Shown piece by piece: positions 20,069 through 30,348 of a stretch of DNA of 64,000 nucleotides. The DNA comes from a virus. The stretch covers positions 32,001-96,000 of IMG/VR virus record IMGVR_UViG_3300025141_000029; one strand, given 5' to 3'. The position numbers were made by a program, and so were the translations under genes. Within the stretch, counting starts at the first letter, position 1; the number at the start of each line of letters is the position of its first letter. Under the pieces are notes generated by a model, which was not told the origin of the DNA, did not search any database, and saw only the letters and a program-made list of their open reading frames with translations.

Positions 20069-20909
20069 ATTCCGTAGTAAACGGCACCTCCATATCTTGG
20101 GAATGTCCACATTCAAAACACTCAAAAAATTGAGTCAAGTCGACATTGGGTACTATTTTGGAATAATGATTACGTAAATATTTTGAATCAAAGGCTGGCA
20201 TTACATTAATAAATTCTGCAATAAGGTTTCTATCCTCGACATCATTTACTGCTACAATATACGCCTTAAATTGATCTGTTAGGGTAAATTCATTTTTATT
20301 CTTTTTTGAACTTTGTAAAAGTCTTTTTTCATCGCGTCCGGTTAAAAGCCTGGTTTCAACAACCGCTTTTGATCTAGGAAGGGTAAAAGCAAATGTGCCA
20401 CGCTCTGTTACTTTGGCTTCTCCAAGATCTAGATCATCAGGGGTTTTTGTTGTATTATCCTCTAAATTAAATGTAAATTCTTGTGCTGCCGCGCATGCTG
20501 GACATGTAACAGAGGCTTTATATTCGGCGCCATATGCCGAAATTCTACTGGCTACAATTAATGCATTCTTATCTCCAATACATAAATCTTCCAGTCGAAC
20601 GCCGGCTGTAACGATAAGCGATTGAAGCATTCTATCAAGAGCGACGCCCTTTTTAAGAAGAGATTTATTAACTAAAATATCTTCTTCTTTCGCTGTCATT
20701 AATTTAATTTCCACCTCTTCTTTCATATGAAGTGGATGTCCTTGCGGATAAAAACGTCCCTTTGTTGGTAAATCAACCAGCTCAGTGGGTACAACAAAGT
20801 GTAAACCGCCAGAAACATCTGCTGCTTCAACGGTCTCATCTGTTATATCATTGTGGGGGACGTTTGGAGTAGGCGCCTGAAAGCGGGCGCTATTATCTCT
20901 AACTGTCAT
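20049..20909 (-). CDS. Tail assembly chaperone / baseplate hub assembly protein (T4 gp26-like)
   Basis: VDLPTKGRFYP, MTAKEEDIL, GDKNALIVASRISAYG, two CxxC motifs and C-terminal EFFWP; lies between tube and tape measure. Confidence 0.75.
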   Translation of the reverse strand: MTVRDNSARFQAPTPNVPHNDITDETVEAADVSGGLHFVVPTELVDLPTKGRFYPQGHPLHMKEEVEIKLMTAKEEDILVNKSLLKKGVALDRMLQSLIVTAGVRLEDLCIGDKNALIVASRISAYGAEYKASVTCPACAAAQEFTFNLEDNTTKTPDDLDLGEAKVTERGTFAFTLPRSKAVVETRLLTGRDEKRLLQSSKKNKNEFTLTDQFKAYIVAVNDVEDRNLIAEFINVMPAFDSKYLRNHYSKIVPNVDLTQFFECFECGHSQDMEVPFTTEFFWPRS

Positions 20910-20931
20910 GAAAACCTCTTTTTTGTATTAG

Positions 20932-21621
20932 TTATGAAGACTCACCACCGGTATCGATAGTATTTGGAATGAATGCCGACCCAATAATATCTTTAGCGAG
21001 ACCCAGGCCGGCAGAATTGTTAATAATCTGACTAATTCCATTACTCTCGCCGCCGGCTTTGGTCATGTAGGCAAAGTCATATTGAAGAGTCATACTAACT
21101 GTAGTAAGCTCTTCATTGCCATAATCCAGTGATCCAAAATCAACAGTACCTTGAATAAAAGGATTAATTAATCTCCATTGATCAACTATTCTTTGTAGTG
21201 GGGGTGTCGTAAGATCAAAATTTGGGGGAATACCAAGTTGCGAGATCGTAACATCGCCTAAAACGCCAACCATCGATCCTTTAGTAAGATTTGTTGCTGC
21301 TGCATTTGCGGCGACGGAAGCACCGCCGGCCGGCACCTCGTAACCAGCCAATCTTAGAAAAGACATGACTGTCGCAGACGAGTCAGTCGGACTGACAGGA
21401 TCAACTAATGTTAAACTAATTGGTGACCAAGTAACGCGACCAGGATAATTAAAAGTATGATTAATGTACTGATGGGGAGTGCTGGAAACTTCAAATTTAG
21501 GTTTATCAACGGATTTAACAAGCCACTTGATATTATCAAAATTAGATATGCTGACAACAAATCTAAAATTTCTTTTTGGCTCAACTGCGGGGCTATCCCA
21601 GAAATTATCGAACGATCCCAT
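20932..21621 (-). CDS. Tail tube protein (gp19-like)
   Basis: EPKRNFRF, YPGRVTWSPISLTLVDPV and DFGSLDY...MTLQYD; follows the sheath gene. Confidence 0.85.
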   Translation of the reverse strand: MGSFDNFWDSPAVEPKRNFRFVVSISNFDNIKWLVKSVDKPKFEVSSTPHQYINHTFNYPGRVTWSPISLTLVDPVSPTDSSATVMSFLRLAGYEVPAGGASVAANAAATNLTKGSMVGVLGDVTISQLGIPPNFDLTTPPLQRIVDQWRLINPFIQGTVDFGSLDYGNEELTTVSMTLQYDFAYMTKAGGESNGISQIINNSAGLGLAKDIIGSAFIPNTIDTGGESS

Positions 21622-21679
21622 TTATTTAAAGTCTCCCTGTATGATACTAACTCATTTATAATTAGTTGTTAAATTGTTT

Positions 21680-24646
21680 TTAATCTTCGAAAGATGCTCC
21701 ACTGCGTGTAATTAAGAAATCAATCGCAATAAATTCAATTGCCTTGGCAGGTTTCAAGAATATTTTTGCGTACATAATGTTTCTATCACGCATTTCCGGA
21801 GTGGTCGTTGACTCATCCAAAATGAGTTTGTAATCTTCAAGACCAAATTTTGATTGAACATCTTTAAGAACCGGATTTGCTGCGCCGACGAAACGGGCCC
21901 AAGTTGAGGGAACGTTTTGATCAAATAAAACCAGGTTTGCAATTTGAGAAATTCTCTTTTTGAGATAAATCATCAAGCGACGAACATTAATTCTATCTAG
22001 CGCCGATTGCTCAAGCTGTAGTGTCTTCTGTCCAAAGACCACAATTCCTTCTGCCGGAAAAGAAGCAATCGGATTGATTCTAACATCATAAAGATCATCT
22101 CTTTCACGCGAAGTAAGTTTTCTGCGAACATTTGTTATCGGAATACCGGCAGCACCCTTGCTCAAGCCGCCTCGATTAAAGCCGGCTGGAGCAAACCAAA
22201 GTTCACTTCTTGCGGCAGAACTACCCATTGTTCCCAAAGCAGCTACAGAAGATGGAATCCACAACATTTGGCCTGTGCCCCCATCAACTGTCTGTACCCA
22301 CGGGAAGAAGGCGCAGCCATAACTTGAATTTGTAGATCTGGCTCTCATACTAGCAACGGCTTGAGCAACATCCGGAACTGCTGGATATGAAGTTGAATCT
22401 GGATCACCTTCCTGTACTGGTACGTAATCATTTTCTACATCGATGATCGCCAGAGCATCGCCCCGGTCTTCACAAACTTCGATCAAACGGTCAGTAAACG
22501 CCGGCACGTAAACACCAGGTATCGTCGCAAGATTACATTCTACAACTTCTGGATCCGCAATAATATTGATTGCTCTATTCACCGAGGCGCGTGCATAATT
22601 TGTAACATCGGTGGTGCCGCGGCCTCCGGTGGAGGTGACCCCATCTAATACGGTATTGCGGAATGGATCACGATCTGTAATATCAAGACCATCAAAACCT
22701 CCATGTAATACTGTGGTAAATTTACTAATCTTGTTTGTATTGATCAGTGCGGACGAGCCGGACTTGGCAGTCCAAGACGTACTGCTGGCGCGGGAGCCGG
22801 ATTCATAATACCAAGAATCACCATCGGCTTTTGTTGAGCTATTCTTGCCGCCAGAACCTGTTTTAATTAGATTATCTAATGTAAATACATATTGATACTT
22901 GACGGGCGTCGCGATGGTGGAGCCCGGGGTCCAACTATCAAGACCCATTGGCTTAGCTCGAACCAGATCTAAAGTGCCTTCATCAAATCTAGTTTTTGAG
23001 CCGGCTTGATTAACATTCACACCGAAATACGCATCTCGGGGGTCAATAAAGCCCATATCGCTCGAAGAACCAATAAGAGCCAAAGATGGGGAGGTAAAGC
23101 TGCCAGTCATGCCCTCGGTGTCGGTGCCGGGGGAGGTGGCGCAACGAATGTACGTTAACGGCATTTCATAGCCCTTGGCAATAAAGCCGGCGTCTTGGGT
23201 GTGAGGGTTCCGGCCGGTGGTAGCAATCTCAGCCGACACGCTCGTGAGCGAGCTGGAGACCATTGTCCAAGTCTTATATGTTAGCGGCCCTTTTACACCA
23301 AATGGCATGAGTTCCGCGTTCAAAGTACCAGCATCCACATCAGAATCCATTTCTACACGAATGTATTTGGAAACATTATTGTAGTTTCCATAATGTACGA
23401 GCCTCTGAGTTACTGAATCGTATTGAAATCTTTTATCGCCGATTTTACGTGCTATATAATTCGGAGATTGAGGATTTAAATTACAATTAGAGAAAGTCTC
23501 TAAAACTTTCGGACGTATATCAGTATCGCGCAATTGGCGAACTTCCAGCGTGAAAGAAGGGTAAGGATCTACTGATTTTTCTTGAGCACTTGGAGATCTT
23601 AAATCACGAATTGAAATTTTAATTTCTTTTTGTGTTTGCTCTCCATTTGCTGTCAGGCCATGAACTCTGAATAAGTTCTCCGTATGGACCGCTGGATTAA
23701 ATGTAACAGCGGGAGCACTAGTATCTTGTGAAATAAACCAACCAGTGGCGGCAGCTTGAGGGCCTTTATCTGTCGTCGTAAGTCCCAAGAAATCTGCGCC
23801 ATCGATTGAGCCCGAAAGAAGACCTAAAATTATACCATAATATCCGTCTGAACTTGACAATGCAGCAACAGCTTTTTCATAAGTTTCTCCTAGCCAATAA
23901 TCAATTCTTTTTTCCGATGATACGGTGCCCGTATTTATTCTTGTTGGATCCGTATTAAAGGCGGCCCGAATATAATTTGAACTGGTTCGAACAAAATCAA
24001 CGCTTTTTGTTTCCACAACTCCATTGGCGCCTGTTAAAGCAATCTTAAATTGTGGTGGATTTCCGGCCGTACCGACTGAGTTAATAAAAATTGCATTCCC
24101 TCGTTCGTTGCCGGCGGTACTGACAGCGCGAACAGAGCCAGATAAAACAGGAGTAGACCCAGTACAATAAAAAACCGCAGCAAGAGTACCAGTGACGGCC
24201 GTGTCGTACGAGGCCGATGGACAAATCCACAAACCATAAGCGCCGATGCCGTTGTCGTCACTGGATAAGCCGCCCGGTGACCAACCGGCTGCTCCAGCAG
24301 CTTTAGTGGCTCCGGCATTAACTGATTGTGCTCCCAATAAACGTACAAACGTTATTGGGCTGTTATTGGCCAGATATGCTTTTGCAGCATATGTAGCATA
24401 CATGGGACTGGTGAAATTTCCGTTTCTCCATACATCAAGCGACGTACCTCCAGGTACAGTATCTCCAAATATTTGGACAAATTCATCATAAGATCTAATA
24501 ACTGTTGGTACAAAAGCCGGTCCCATGGCGGTTCGGCCAATAATGACGGGTCCCTGAACCACATTTCCTAAATTTGGTACTTGAGATTGGTCGACTTCTG
24601 TTATGAAGACTCCAGGTGACACAAAACGATATTTATCTGCCGGCAT
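21680..24646 (-). CDS. Contractile tail sheath protein (gp18-like), enlarged
   Basis: SPGVFITEVD, WFAPAGFNRG, RDDLY..RINPI, FGQKTL, SALDRINVRRL and PAKAIEFI. Confidence 0.95.
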   Translation of the reverse strand: MPADKYRFVSPGVFITEVDQSQVPNLGNVVQGPVIIGRTAMGPAFVPTVIRSYDEFVQIFGDTVPGGTSLDVWRNGNFTSPMYATYAAKAYLANNSPITFVRLLGAQSVNAGATKAAGAAGWSPGGLSSDDNGIGAYGLWICPSASYDTAVTGTLAAVFYCTGSTPVLSGSVRAVSTAGNERGNAIFINSVGTAGNPPQFKIALTGANGVVETKSVDFVRTSSNYIRAAFNTDPTRINTGTVSSEKRIDYWLGETYEKAVAALSSSDGYYGIILGLLSGSIDGADFLGLTTTDKGPQAAATGWFISQDTSAPAVTFNPAVHTENLFRVHGLTANGEQTQKEIKISIRDLRSPSAQEKSVDPYPSFTLEVRQLRDTDIRPKVLETFSNCNLNPQSPNYIARKIGDKRFQYDSVTQRLVHYGNYNNVSKYIRVEMDSDVDAGTLNAELMPFGVKGPLTYKTWTMVSSSLTSVSAEIATTGRNPHTQDAGFIAKGYEMPLTYIRCATSPGTDTEGMTGSFTSPSLALIGSSSDMGFIDPRDAYFGVNVNQAGSKTRFDEGTLDLVRAKPMGLDSWTPGSTIATPVKYQYVFTLDNLIKTGSGGKNSSTKADGDSWYYESGSRASSTSWTAKSGSSALINTNKISKFTTVLHGGFDGLDITDRDPFRNTVLDGVTSTGGRGTTDVTNYARASVNRAINIIADPEVVECNLATIPGVYVPAFTDRLIEVCEDRGDALAIIDVENDYVPVQEGDPDSTSYPAVPDVAQAVASMRARSTNSSYGCAFFPWVQTVDGGTGQMLWIPSSVAALGTMGSSAARSELWFAPAGFNRGGLSKGAAGIPITNVRRKLTSRERDDLYDVRINPIASFPAEGIVVFGQKTLQLEQSALDRINVRRLMIYLKKRISQIANLVLFDQNVPSTWARFVGAANPVLKDVQSKFGLEDYKLILDESTTTPEMRDRNIMYAKIFLKPAKAIEFIAIDFLITRSGASFED

Positions 24647-24724
24647 TATTAATTTCTCCTTAAAAAAGCTTTGATGTGGAAATAGCTATAATAAATAGTA
24701 AATAAATAACCAAAAAGAATTTTA

Positions 24725-25636
24725 TCAAGATTTATAGAAACTATCTTTGCCCGTAGGATTAGGAACTTCAAAAACAACTCGCTCGCGACCAATTTTAATT
24801 TCGACTGCGTTTTGCGTTTTGGTGATCTTGGGAAGATTTTCATTTGGGCCGGCGCCGTGGATATAACCAAGAACTCTTAAGCTCAAGGTCATTTTGAATT
24901 TACGCTCCTGTTCTTCTAAAGTTGATATGGTGTTATCTACCGCATAGTCAGAATCCAAAAAACCTTCATATGAGTGGCCATTGCGACTCAAAATAATATA
25001 ATTTGATGCGTTTGTCGCATCAATCATATATGCAGCAATATCATTCATTTGTTGTTGATATTCAGTGAAACACTCAACTTCATAGTTGATTTCCATGTAA
25101 GACGGCGCCGGTATTGTTATTGTTTCATATACAACCTTTTTGTTAATACGTTTAAAATTCTTGTCGCCGGCATCATTGCTTTTACGGAAAGCATCTGCTG
25201 TTGCGAACTTATTTGTATCATCTTGTGCTATACGTCGAGCGATGATAACATCTGACTCTCCTGCTTGCCGCAATCTATCAAGTGGCGAAAATAACTTTCC
25301 TCGCTTGGTGCGATCTTTTGATATTCCTCTGCGCTCAATTGTTACTGCGGGATAGACGACGGCGCCGAGATCGTCACTTTTCGCAATAAATGTTTCATCG
25401 TCAGTCCAATTCCTGTCTTTTCTATTAAATGCGCGCTCAATGCCAACCCAAGAAACTGGAACCAATCTAAAACCTTCATTTGAATAAGTTGAAATATTTA
25501 AATTTTGAAAAAAATTATAAACAGAAAAATCAATATTTTCCAAAGTCGAAGGCATAAATATCTGCTCTTCTACCCTATCAGGCTTTTCTACTTCCGTATA
25601 AGAATAATCAATATCTTTTCTTCTATCTACCATCAA
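24725..25636 (-). CDS. Tail terminator / sheath stabiliser (gp15-like)
   Basis: Position between neck and sheath genes; YPAVTIER and P.Y..INY.......YQQQMN pattern. Confidence 0.55.
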   Translation of the reverse strand: MMVDRRKDIDYSYTEVEKPDRVEEQIFMPSTLENIDFSVYNFFQNLNISTYSNEGFRLVPVSWVGIERAFNRKDRNWTDDETFIAKSDDLGAVVYPAVTIERRGISKDRTKRGKLFSPLDRLRQAGESDVIIARRIAQDDTNKFATADAFRKSNDAGDKNFKRINKKVVYETITIPAPSYMEINYEVECFTEYQQQMNDIAAYMIDATNASNYIILSRNGHSYEGFLDSDYAVDNTISTLEEQERKFKMTLSLRVLGYIHGAGPNENLPKITKTQNAVEIKIGRERVVFEVPNPTGKDSFYKS

Positions 25637-26114
25637 AAAGTCCCTTTCTCGCTCTCACACATTTAGCGGTAATTTCAAATCTATGATCAGCTTGTCCAAA
25701 TAATTGTTTAGGTTCATTTAAAGTAACAATTTCATAATAAAATTTACCATATAAAACAAAATCACCTTCTCGAATAAATATATCTTGATCTTCTGTTAAT
25801 CTTCTTTTGTGAAAATGAATATTTATCGTCGTAATGACATCCAATCCGTATTTATCAGTTGTCGTTTGTAATCCTTCCCAATCAACCAAAGCAAATACCC
25901 TAACCGGTGGTAAAAATGTTTTTTCTATCGCTTCACCATATAAAGAATGATAATCCGTTGTTGTAACATCAATCGCATAATACAAAACTTGTTGACCAAT
26001 AATTCGCTCAACTAATTCATCGTTAACCTGCTTTACAAGATCACGCTCTTTTTTGTTTAAAAATAAAGGCGGGGGTGGATCTGCGGGTTGTGACCATTTA
26101 TTACTATCTGACAC
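25623..26114 (-). CDS. Neck/head-closure protein (gp14-like)
   Basis: IGQQVLYY, LYGEA..KTF and EGDFVLY...YYEI. Confidence 0.65.
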   Translation of the reverse strand: MSDSNKWSQPADPPPPLFLNKKERDLVKQVNDELVERIIGQQVLYYAIDVTTTDYHSLYGEAIEKTFLPPVRVFALVDWEGLQTTTDKYGLDVITTINIHFHKRRLTEDQDIFIREGDFVLYGKFYYEIVTLNEPKQLFGQADHRFEITAKCVRARKGLFDGR

Positions 26115-26119
26115 TTACA

Positions 26120-27388
26120 TCACCCCACATATACGCCATATGGTATAGTCTTTAGCATATTATTGGTCGATTGGGCCATAGTAGCCTGGTCTTCCACAAT
26201 TTTACTATACGTTATTTCGGCCAATATAGTTTTAAGCTCTTCTCTCAGCTTATCTTGCTCTTCTTTAGCTTGAGCGGCCAATTCAGAAGCATTCAACGTG
26301 ACTGATTCTCCTGGTATCGGAATTGTCGTAAATTTACCTCTTATTTGCGCCAATATCTCCTTGGCCAAAGAAAAAGCAAAGCGTCGAATCCACTGTTTAC
26401 CAATTGAATTAATGTTTTGGTATGGAATATTTGCAAAAGGCAATGTATTCATATTATTGATTCCATTAACTCCAGTATCCACACTACCGGTAGCTTCCGT
26501 CCATGGATCACTCTTGATTGTAAAATCAACATACATCTTTTTAGGAGAATAATCGCCTGGACGCGGAAAGACTCTTATTTTATTACTCTTAATCTCATAA
26601 GAATAATGAGAATTTCTTGTATAAATTGCGTCTTCGTACGCCATAGATTGAAGTTTGTTTTGCCACGGTGGAATAACTTCAAAAGTAGAATCATCGGCGT
26701 ACATGCCGTATGTCGACATATTACCAATTGCGTTAATTCCGCCATAATAGCCGAAAAATCTCCACATCGCGTGTGGTGTTTTATAAAAAACTCGACGAAC
26801 TGTTACCCTATTTGTTCCTACTTTTCCATAGAATGAAGAGCTGGCATCGTTGGCTGAAGACGAAGCTATAATTTCTTGTAAATCATAATCTTGCTGACCA
26901 CTTACAATTGCAAATGAGCCAGAATAAATTGGCTCTGTGCCGCCAATACCAACTTCTGTTGCTGTTTTGTCGGCAATTTGTCTTGCGTAGCCAAAATCAA
27001 ATTTAGGATATTTTAAACTGGCGCTTAACGCAGCAACAGAAGTTTCTTTTATTTCGCCATCATGATCAAATGTGCCAGTAATAGCACCAAGAACCGATCC
27101 AATCGCATTTTTAGCCTGGTGTATATTGACTAGATATGAATACTCTAAAACAGCCTCTTCATAGGCCGCAAAAACGTTTTTTTGCGTTAATTCAACGTTT
27201 AGGACATCGCCACCAAGCTTTCGATAAGTATAATTAACTTGTTCGGCGGCTCCAGAAACGAAATCTGTATTTTCTACATATATGCCATACGGATAATTAG
27301 CAGCACTGGCAGCTGAAGTTAAAGATCCCGTCTCCGGTAATGTTATAGCTGGTGTTGTTGACGTCGGCGTTAATGTAGGTACAGCCAT
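26120..27388 (-). CDS. Neck/head-tail adaptor protein (gp13-like)
   Basis: RKLGGDVLNVEL and WIRRFAFSLAKEILAQIRGKF..IPIPG..VTLN. Confidence 0.75.
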   Translation of the reverse strand: MAVPTLTPTSTTPAITLPETGSLTSAASAANYPYGIYVENTDFVSGAAEQVNYTYRKLGGDVLNVELTQKNVFAAYEEAVLEYSYLVNIHQAKNAIGSVLGAITGTFDHDGEIKETSVAALSASLKYPKFDFGYARQIADKTATEVGIGGTEPIYSGSFAIVSGQQDYDLQEIIASSSANDASSSFYGKVGTNRVTVRRVFYKTPHAMWRFFGYYGGINAIGNMSTYGMYADDSTFEVIPPWQNKLQSMAYEDAIYTRNSHYSYEIKSNKIRVFPRPGDYSPKKMYVDFTIKSDPWTEATGSVDTGVNGINNMNTLPFANIPYQNINSIGKQWIRRFAFSLAKEILAQIRGKFTTIPIPGESVTLNASELAAQAKEEQDKLREELKTILAEITYSKIVEDQATMAQSTNNMLKTIPYGVYVG

Positions 27389-27437
27389 TCATTTGTTCTC
27401 CGTGGATTACTAATATAAATAGTATCTGCTGGGAGTA

Positions 27438-27647
27438 TCAAACTTTTTTAGTTGTTTTCTCGGCCACAGATCTTGAAAGATCCTTTTTTACAGGGGCCTT
27501 TTTTACAGGGGCCTTTTTTACAGGGGTCTCGACAGTTTTTTTTGGAGGTGCCGGTGGCGCTGCGACAACTGGAGCTTCTTCAACAACTGGCGTTGCTGCA
27601 GCTGCTTGTCTCGCTAATAATCTAAGTCTTTTCTTCTTTCTACCCAT
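27438..27647 (-). CDS. Small basic Lys/Ala/Pro-rich (histone H1-like) protein
   Basis: MGRKKKRLR start and PVKKA repeats; has its own SD and an ACTATTTA motif. Confidence 0.65.
   Translation of the reverse strand: MGRKKKRLRLLARQAAAATPVVEEAPVVAAPPAPPKKTVETPVKKAPVKKAPVKKDLSRSVAEKTTKKV
27482..27526. repeat. Perfect 15-bp tandem repeat x3 (CCTTTTTTACAGGGG), encoding PVKKA
   Basis: Read directly from the sequence. Confidence 0.9.
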
Positions 27648-27742
27648 GATAATAGGCCTCCTATTTCCTTATAAATAGTTGATTATAAAACAAAAATCTC
27701 AAAAATTGACTGCGAAAAAAAATTGACCAATTGAGTTTTCAT

Positions 27743-27775
27743 AAAAAAACCCCGCCAAGGAAAACCAAGGCGGGG
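27743..27775 (-). terminator. Rho-independent terminator
   Basis: CCCCGCC...GGCGGGG stem followed by T7 on the minus strand. Confidence 0.85.
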
Positions 27776-27806
27776 TATACTATAATAATAAAAGTTGAAT
27801 CTAAAT

Positions 27807-28109
27807 CTAAGCTGACCCAGCGCAGCCTTGAGAGCCAGTTACAAAAGTCCAAGCATAACCACCAGATCCAGACATACAAATATAAAATCTTTGACAATTT
27901 CCATCTGTCTGTATTGTCATTGTGCCCAGTGTATTTATGTTACAAGAACCAGTCGAAGCTACGGGAAATTGAGATCCTGACAGGCTTGTTCCGCTTGAGC
28001 CCGAAATTGAAGAGGCACCATAAGTTGTCTCTCCTTCGGATCCGCTAACAGTAGTCTGACTACCACTAATTGTTGTTTCGCCTGCTGACGATGATACGTT
28101 AATCGGCAT
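27807..28109 (-). CDS. Ser/Gly/Thr-rich small virion protein
   Basis: Many SGS repeats and four Cys in the C-terminal half; coupled to the upstream gene. Confidence 0.6.
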   Translation of the reverse strand: MPINVSSSAGETTISGSQTTVSGSEGETTYGASSISGSSGTSLSGSQFPVASTGSCNINTLGTMTIQTDGNCQRFYICMSGSGGYAWTFVTGSQGCAGSA

Positions 28110-28389
28110 CTTCTTCTCCTTCTTCTATTTCCTCTAAAACAAATTTATAAAGTTTTCCATTCTGATTATTCTTTATAGACAAATAATTACTTTCCTCTAC
28201 AATTGTCCAATCACCTCTATCATTCTTTAGTTGTAAATCTTGTGTGTATATATTCGCAAATCTGTTATCGCGTGATCCTAAATTTGCGGCGCCGTTACTG
28301 GTTGGCCTAATATTTGCTTGTATTAAGATATCTTGTACTACTGCTTCTATTAGTGCTCGTATTCTTAGAGTACCGATTTTTTTGGCCAT
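28099..28389 (-). CDS. Small virion/fibre-associated protein
   Basis: NLGS...RFANIYT.DL.L.N.RGDWTIVE segment typical of phage fibre modules; ACTACTTA upstream. Confidence 0.55.
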   Translation of the reverse strand: MAKKIGTLRIRALIEAVVQDILIQANIRPTSNGAANLGSRDNRFANIYTQDLQLKNDRGDWTIVEESNYLSIKNNQNGKLYKFVLEEIEEGEEDAD

Positions 28390-28458
28390 TAACTAATCCC
28401 TCCCTTGTTCCTCACACTAATAAGTAGTCTTCGATGTGGGCATGCTCTCAATTTTTAT

Positions 28459-28491
28459 AAAAAAACCCCGATCTCTCGAAAGAAACCGGGG
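28459..28491 (-). terminator. Rho-independent terminator after the major capsid gene
   Basis: CCCCGGUUUCU-UUCG-AGAGAUCGGGG followed by U7. Confidence 0.9.
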
Positions 28492-28515
28492 CATATCAAA
28501 CTACGCTAATTGTTA

Positions 28516-30348
28516 TTAGCCGGTGCCAGACTCACCAAGGAGTCCGCGGACAACAACAAGGCCATACATATCAGGTCGGACCATCTTCTTAGCGTAACGA
28601 GTCATCACGCCCTTACGGGGCACGAAGTCTTCGGTACCGAAGATTGTCGGAGTGACCTGGAGAGGTACGTACGGGGCATATACATAACCCGTTTCGAGGA
28701 AACTGCCACCCTTACGGCCGACAAGAACCAAGTTACGCGGGAAGTACGGATCAACCCAGAGGTCCCATTTCTTGGAAATGGATCCAACGTTGACAGCACC
28801 AACAGTACCACGATCAGCATCAGCTGTAACGTTAGCACGGAAACCAGCAGTAAACTCAAGGATGTTAGCAACTTCAGGTGAGGTCACCAAGAAGTTAGCT
28901 CCACCACGTAGAGTCTTTCTGTGGATCTGAGCGCTTACGTCATTAACGGTCTCGACAAGAGTCTCATACCATTCGCTGACCGTACCAGTGAAGTCAGGAG
29001 CAGCTGCGCTAGCACCAACTTCTAGACCAGTTGTACGATTAACGAAAAGTCCCGGGGAGCGCGACCAGTAGTATGTACCAGCTGTAGCACCCTGAATAAG
29101 ATCGTTAACGATTTCGCGGTCAATCTCAAGAGCGATCTGCTCAGAAAGAATCTGAGTAAGCTCAACCTCGGCATCAAGGTTATGATAAGCATTTAGGTCT
29201 TGACCTAATTCCGGAGACCACTTGGCCTTCAGTTTCTTGGTCATCGCCGTAACAGCAATACTGTCGACTTTGATATCAATCTCGGGAATGGTATTCTTAA
29301 CATTTCCATCAAACTCATTATCAGGAACATTGCCAGCACCCTCCAAGGGGAAGATATCGCCAACGACGGCGCCAACAGCAGAAGCTTGATCGTAATCATC
29401 AGCAACGGGATAAGTCAAAGCAATTGTACCAGAAACAGCATCAAAGGTAGCTGCAGGACCAGCCAGAGTAACAACCAATCTTTCAGTTCCGCTGACGGTA
29501 ACAAGTTTAGTCAAACGACGAACAAGCTGAATGGTCGTGGAGGCGGGCGGGTCTTCGGCGGCATCTAAGACGAAGCCATTAATTGCCGAAGCCGAAATAG
29601 CAATTAAGTTCTTGCGATTAAGCGGACCAGAATTATTACCATCAGAAGAATAATCATCACTACCGGGCACACTCATTGTAATCTGCAGATAAGTATTAGT
29701 ACTATCAGCAAGAGTATCCGGATCCCAACGAAGAGAAGCCAGCTGAGCGGCACCAGCCGTAGTACCATTAAGGTTGGCCAGGTCCGCCATCGTAGTACTA
29801 GCTGTTATCGGAGCCCAGGCAGACTGGCCGGCCGACGCCGTCAAACCGGGCGCGGCGACAGCGACCGATCCTGTCGGCGAAGTATAACCAGTTTGGAGGT
29901 TATAAAAACCACCGCCGTCTTCTGTAATGTCGGTCACGCCACCAGTTAACTCACTGCCAACCACGCCACCGCCGTAAAGTGACTCACCAGCATCTAGACC
30001 CGACCGTTGTTCGTTAAAAGTAAAGTCCATGAAGAAAATGAGGCCTGACGGGAGGCTCATCGGCTGAACCGAAACGAGATCGTTTGCGATCAAACCACCG
30101 AAAACTCTGCGGACGAGAGGAAACGCAACTGCTGCGAAACCTTGAACGTCGGCGCCGCCCATTGAAGAGGCCTCTTTAAGTAATTGAGCCGCCTGGTTTT
30201 CGAGCAAGCGAGCCATTCCATTTTTGGCACTGTCCGTATTAAGACCCTCTAAAAGACCGGTGCGCTCCCATTTTTCAATGATGGCAGCACCTTCTTTAGC
30301 AAGGGATCTGTCAACGATGCCTTCTGTTAATTTTTTTAAAACTGACAT
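28516..30348 (-). CDS. Major capsid protein (T4 gp23-like)
   Basis: LLENQ, PLVRR, VSVQPMSLPSGLIF, KLKAKWSPELGQDL.A.H.LDAEVEL, EIDREI, YAPYVPL and KGVMTRY. Confidence 0.96.
   Translation of the reverse strand: MSVLKKLTEGIVDRSLAKEGAAIIEKWERTGLLEGLNTDSAKNGMARLLENQAAQLLKEASSMGGADVQGFAAVAFPLVRRVFGGLIANDLVSVQPMSLPSGLIFFMDFTFNEQRSGLDAGESLYGGGVVGSELTGGVTDITEDGGGFYNLQTGYTSPTGSVAVAAPGLTASAGQSAWAPITASTTMADLANLNGTTAGAAQLASLRWDPDTLADSTNTYLQITMSVPGSDDYSSDGNNSGPLNRKNLIAISASAINGFVLDAAEDPPASTTIQLVRRLTKLVTVSGTERLVVTLAGPAATFDAVSGTIALTYPVADDYDQASAVGAVVGDIFPLEGAGNVPDNEFDGNVKNTIPEIDIKVDSIAVTAMTKKLKAKWSPELGQDLNAYHNLDAEVELTQILSEQIALEIDREIVNDLIQGATAGTYYWSRSPGLFVNRTTGLEVGASAAAPDFTGTVSEWYETLVETVNDVSAQIHRKTLRGGANFLVTSPEVANILEFTAGFRANVTADADRGTVGAVNVGSISKKWDLWVDPYFPRNLVLVGRKGGSFLETGYVYAPYVPLQVTPTIFGTEDFVPRKGVMTRYAKKMVRPDMYGLVVVRGLLGESGTG

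Noticed and set aside
19812-27679. Plus-strand TATAAATA as canonical T4 late promoters driving plus-strand genes
   Set aside because: No credible plus-strand genes follow, and the positions track minus-strand starts. Antisense transcription cannot be excluded without TSS data.
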